This document shows positions 59,931 through 64,000 of a stretch of DNA of 64,000 nt, one piece after another (positions within the stretch are counted from its first letter, which is position 1; each line of letters opens with the position of its first letter). The notes beneath the pieces are model-generated. The model saw only the letters and a list, made by a program, of their open reading frames with translations. It made no database searches and was not told the DNA's origin. Source of the DNA: Haplodiscus bocki. Taxonomy: Eukaryota. Where the stretch lies: contig OZ296652.1 in NCBI GenBank assembly GCA_965655095.1, forward strand, positions 30,690,001-30,754,000, written 5' to 3'. The position numbers and the translations under genes are program-made.

Positions 59931-62409
59931 TGCAGACGGCTTTGACTAACGTGGGAGCTGCTGGAAGAATGAAATAACGCGCAGTGTAAAAGAAAGCTGA
60001 AGGATTGGAATTGCACAAAAGGAAGGAAAAGGAAAATTTCTAAAAGCGTTGGAATGTGCTTCAACGCGATTGGCTCGTACGGTCACGTGACCGGTGACGT
60101 AGTATATCTTCAGTTTGGAGCTGGTACGGGAAAGCGGCTCGATTCTTATTTACTTACTCGCTTACCGGACGGCGGCCATACTTTTTTCCCTTTATTTTAC
60201 TCCCTTTCCTTTTTCCTTGCTTTCTCTTCCTTCTTTCTTGGTTAAAATTAACCTGAAATCTCTTCCTTCTTTCCTCGGACGAAAATATTTTCAGACAATT
60301 CCAAATTTGTTTCAGCTGCTAATTCTGCTTATGGAGCCAAACTACTCGCTCTCGATTTCTCACCAAATGATCCTATTGCCTCTCGCCAAAACGGAAAGAA
60401 CACGTGACCATTGGAGTAAAAATACCCAGCGCACAACGATAATATTCATTCGCTTGCTACCACCAACTAGGCTACTTCCGCGAGGCGAAACTCTCGTACG
60501 CACAGCTCTCACCTAAATGTTCAGAAAATCTCTTCACTTCTCTTCCACCAGCAAGCCGCAAATAATCAACAAGCCGAAAATATTCAAAGGTTTTTTCGCC
60601 TGCAAAATTGTCTTAGTCGCAAATAATCAACAACCCGAAAAAATTCAGAGACTTTTTGCCAACAGAATTGTCTTAGCCGCAAATCATCAATATCCAGGAA
60701 ATATTCAGAGACTTTCCGGCCAGCAAGAAGCGACCAGCAGCAGCAACCAGCAACAGCAATCAACAGCAGCGACCAGCAGCAATCAACAGCAGCGACCAGC
60801 AGCAGCAACCACCAACAGCAATCAACAGCAGCGACTAGCAACAGCAACAAGAAACAGCGATCAACAGCAGCAATCAACAGCAGCAACGAGCAGCAGCAAC
60901 CAGCATTGTCCTACCAGCAGCACCTACACGATCAACGGCAGCATCTGTTAGTTATCACTACGGTTCCTAGCAGAGGATATCCCGCTAGAAGTTGACCTAG
61001 GATTAGTTGCTCGATAGTAGAATGTAATCACCGCACCAAGGCCCACTTTTGTTACTTTTTCCACTTTTCTAAAATTCCTTCTTTTTGTGATTTTTCCCCT
61101 TTTTTTGCTAAGACTTAGTTTAATTATTGATTGGTAAAAGTAAAACACATAATAACCACGACCAGTTGACAGTCCTTATGACTTATGTCTTGGTCGCAGA
61201 TAAGAGAGAATAAAATTTAATGCTGGTGTCCCGTGGGTCCGGACTGTATCGGCAGGTGACTAAAAAACCAGCTTAAGGTTACGACCCGACGAGTGGAATA
61301 TCCATACAGTGGTCATTTTTTATACTAAGAAGAGTGTAAAATGCATGTAATTTAAAATGCATGTAATTTGAACTCCCTTTCTCTACGGACTTGCCTATCC
61401 AGCTTGAGACTAAAACAGGGACTAGGAGTTTTAACCCGTTAGCGTAGAAATCTAGAGAAAGACGTAGTTTAGCTAAACGTAAAACAAACCGTAAAATGAC
61501 TGGCTAAAAAAAGCCAACTAGACAAGACGGACAGTGTACATCACCCGCACTAGTCAAAAAGTAAAATGGTGTATGTCCTTGCTCTATTCGCAGATTTTCC
61601 AGCTTCAACAGCAGCTATTGTGGACGTGGATCGGCTTTAGTTTGATGTTTTAAAATTTTATTTTATAAGTTTATAATTTATTGGGACTAAATTTGAATTG
61701 CCCAAGTTTCTAATTTTGATAATTCAGTTTGTAGTTCAATTGGACTGAATTGAAAGAGTCCAATTTTTATCCATGATTTATAGTTTCTTAATTGAATTCA
61801 ATTTAATTAATTCAATTTTTTTGGTTGAATTTATAATTTCAATTCAGACTAAATTAAAGTAGTCTGAATTAGTTAATGTTTATTACATTTTCACTTCTAA
61901 AGTGAAATTATCTTAACGCTAACTAATTTTCATAACAGTTTGTGGCATCCCTTTTTAACTCCTTGTTTAATCTTCTAACTTCTCGTTGAATAAAGTTCGG
62001 TATCTTCACTAAATTCACGTGTCAAATTTAAATAGAAGTTGATAAAATTGAAATGTTAAAAATTTATATAAATTGCTATGCTAATGTTGATAGAAATTAA
62101 AGGAGAGAAAGTCGAAGATATATAGTGTAACCGTATTGCGTAAAATTTAAGACCATGTGGCAATTTTCCCTGTGCTATCCCACGTTCGCAGCCTCAGACG
62201 GAGCTGAGTAATTCCCCCTTACGTACGTTCAGTCATATTCCTTTCAGCAATTCAACATATTGGAATACCTTCACTGATAATTTAACTTTCCTTTGTATTA
62301 TTCTCCGCTATAGCTCACAAGTCCTTGCTTGAATTCGCGCAATCCCTTTGTTCGCACGGTTAAGCAAGGCACACTATTGAGACACTTACAAATAATAGCC
62401 GTCGCTACA
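59931..62409 (+). mobile_element. Possible long solo LTR in NCS intron
   Basis: Ends TGCAGACGGC..GCCGTCGCTACA (imperfect TG..CA inverted termini), internal tandem repeats, no coding domains; no clean TSD. Confidence 0.4.
60555..60945 (+). repeat. Three 60-bp direct repeats followed by a CAG/CAA-rich compound repeat
   Basis: GCAAATAATCAA..ATTCAGAGACTTT units (60555-60725), then the (CAG/CAA)-rich tract. Confidence 0.88.
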
Positions 62410-63415
62410 ACGCAGCAGTGCTGACTGAGTCAACCGCCAGCAGAACTAAGTAAATAATAGATTTGCAATACCCCTACTGCGTGCGACATATGACTTTTCA
62501 GAACATTTTGCAAAAAGCAAAAATATAATTTTGAAATCCTATTTTATTACATCGGTTTTCGAATTTAGTAGATTCAAGATGAATTTTGAAAAAGTTAATG
62601 AAAGTTTTTCTGCCGCTAGATGATAGCAGCTGTCACAGAAACATCAGAGGCATATATTGATAAGTAAACTTCCATAATTAATTTTTTTAAGTTACGAAAA
62701 TCCAAATAAAGGCAAAACTATTTGCCAAAAACACATTTTCCAGTTTTCTGTTGCACTTGTTGGAAATTTTTCAAACAAACACCATTATAATCTTCTAAAA
62801 TTTCCAAGAATTTTTTTTGCTACTTTTGTCCAAAATGATTATTACCGAGTTATTCTTGCTTAAAGCTGTCGGTTTATTAACGCCTAGTCGCATTAATTTA
62901 AATGATGATTGTAGTTTCATAAATTTTTACAGCCTTGTATGTTGTATCACCGCCTTGTTGTATTATCACCATTACGAAATGAAATCGCCATTGTGATCAA
63001 TCGAACAAATTTCCCTAGTTCAGATGATTAGCATTTCTTTCAAGATTTTTGCAAGATAATAATGCATTATTCCTACGGAATCTTGCAAGACCTTACAAAA
63101 AATTCCAATCTTGTTAAATTCTTGCAGATAAGGCATTTTTTGCAAGATTCGTACAAGATTTTTGCATGATTTACATCATCTGCCAGAATCTTGCAAAAAT
63201 TAAAACTTTCAGCAAAAATCTGAAAATTTATGTTTTTTGCCAGAATCTGCAAGAATCTTGCAAGATTTTTATATATGCTTATCTAGGTTTGGCAACTTAA
63301 ATTGGTATATGCGGAGGAAAAAAACTAATTTTTTTCTCCATGGAAATGGTGCAAAGTGCCGACTAAAAATTGTGCAAAGTAATAATAAATTAGTCACTAT
63401 TTATGTTTTGCTAAC

Positions 63416-63570
63416 CTAATATTTGTTTGACTTCATTGACGGTGATCTGTTTGGAGGGGTTCTCTTTGGTGAACTTTTTGTACCATTTCTTGATATCCTC
63501 TTCCGAGAAGTCCGTCTCTTTCAGCACCTCTTTCAGTCTCTGTGCCTTTGACTGTCGCGTGCCTGTGTTT
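63416..63570 (-). CDS. Upstream coding exon of the NCS-like gene
   Basis: NTGTRQSKAQRLKEVLKETDFSEEDIKKWYKKFTKENPSKQITVNEVKQIL; donor G|gttagc splices in frame to give ILASRFPDGD, matching NCS spacing. Start exon not found in the window. Confidence 0.85.
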
Positions 63571-63722
63571 CTGCAGCAGCAAACTTCAGTGAGTTCGAAC
63601 GAAATATGTTGGTGATGTGAGAAGATTGGAAAATATGAAATATGACGGGTTGAAGCCCCAACGCAAATCAGCGCTGTTTCAGAGGTGAAAATACCAGCGC
63701 TGATTAGGGTTGGGATCTGTTC

Positions 63723-63898
63723 TGTTAATTTCCCCCTCTAAATTAACTCCCCTCGCCCCCCACCATAATGAATAGGCGAAATAATAAGCGGCGTAATGAG
63801 TGAATTTCAGCCAATCAGAGACGAGTTCGCTTCTGCGTGGGTGAGAGTTAAATTTTGAGCTTCTTCTGTGGGGGGGGGGGGGGGGGGGGGAATTAACA
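63723..63898. mobile_element. Short MITE-like element (TGTTAA..CCCC / GGGG..TTAACA termini); related copy at 42451-42583
   Basis: Inverted termini with poly-C/poly-G tracts at both loci. Confidence 0.45.
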
Positions 63899-64000
63899 TA
63901 AAATATCCTAAGGTTGTTTCAAAGCTGTTCAACGCTCAATTTCTTTGAATTGGCATTGCCTAGAACTGAGATTTTTGGTTCTGTTTTGAGATTTTCAGGT

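Noticed and set aside
60517-60951. Poly-Q/S/T protein ORF and its antisense ORF
   Set aside because: Open frames are produced by the CAG/CAA repeat inside an intron.

Overview
AT-rich animal (invertebrate-like) genomic DNA, almost entirely decayed mobile elements; all calls come from reading the sequence and recognising motifs, with no searches run. The main structure is a Polinton/Maverick (adintovirus-like) element nested inside another. The inner element (3574-24690) is complete but pseudogenised, with AGTAGTAG termini, ~0.65-kb TIRs and a CAAAAA/CAAAAC target-site duplication. It sits in the opposite orientation inside an older, more decayed, syntenic relative (<1 to ~33267). The inner element carries pPolB, integrase, packaging ATPase, adenain-like protease, major and minor capsid genes, and a ~4.27-kb tandem duplication. 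The most striking feature is an accessory block present in both elements: a short EGF-family ligand gene next to an acidic protein ending in a conserved RxLF (cyclin-docking-like) motif, with a KEN box in the inner copy. The inner TIRs also contain a tRNA-Ser-like A-box/B-box unit. The rest of the window holds an intronless secreted/GPI-type orphan ORF, two inverted Helitron-like elements with tRNA relics and ~88-bp arrays, a CRE-clade non-LTR retrotransposon, a decayed BEL/Pao LTR element, and two exons of a neuronal-calcium-sensor-like EF-hand host gene.
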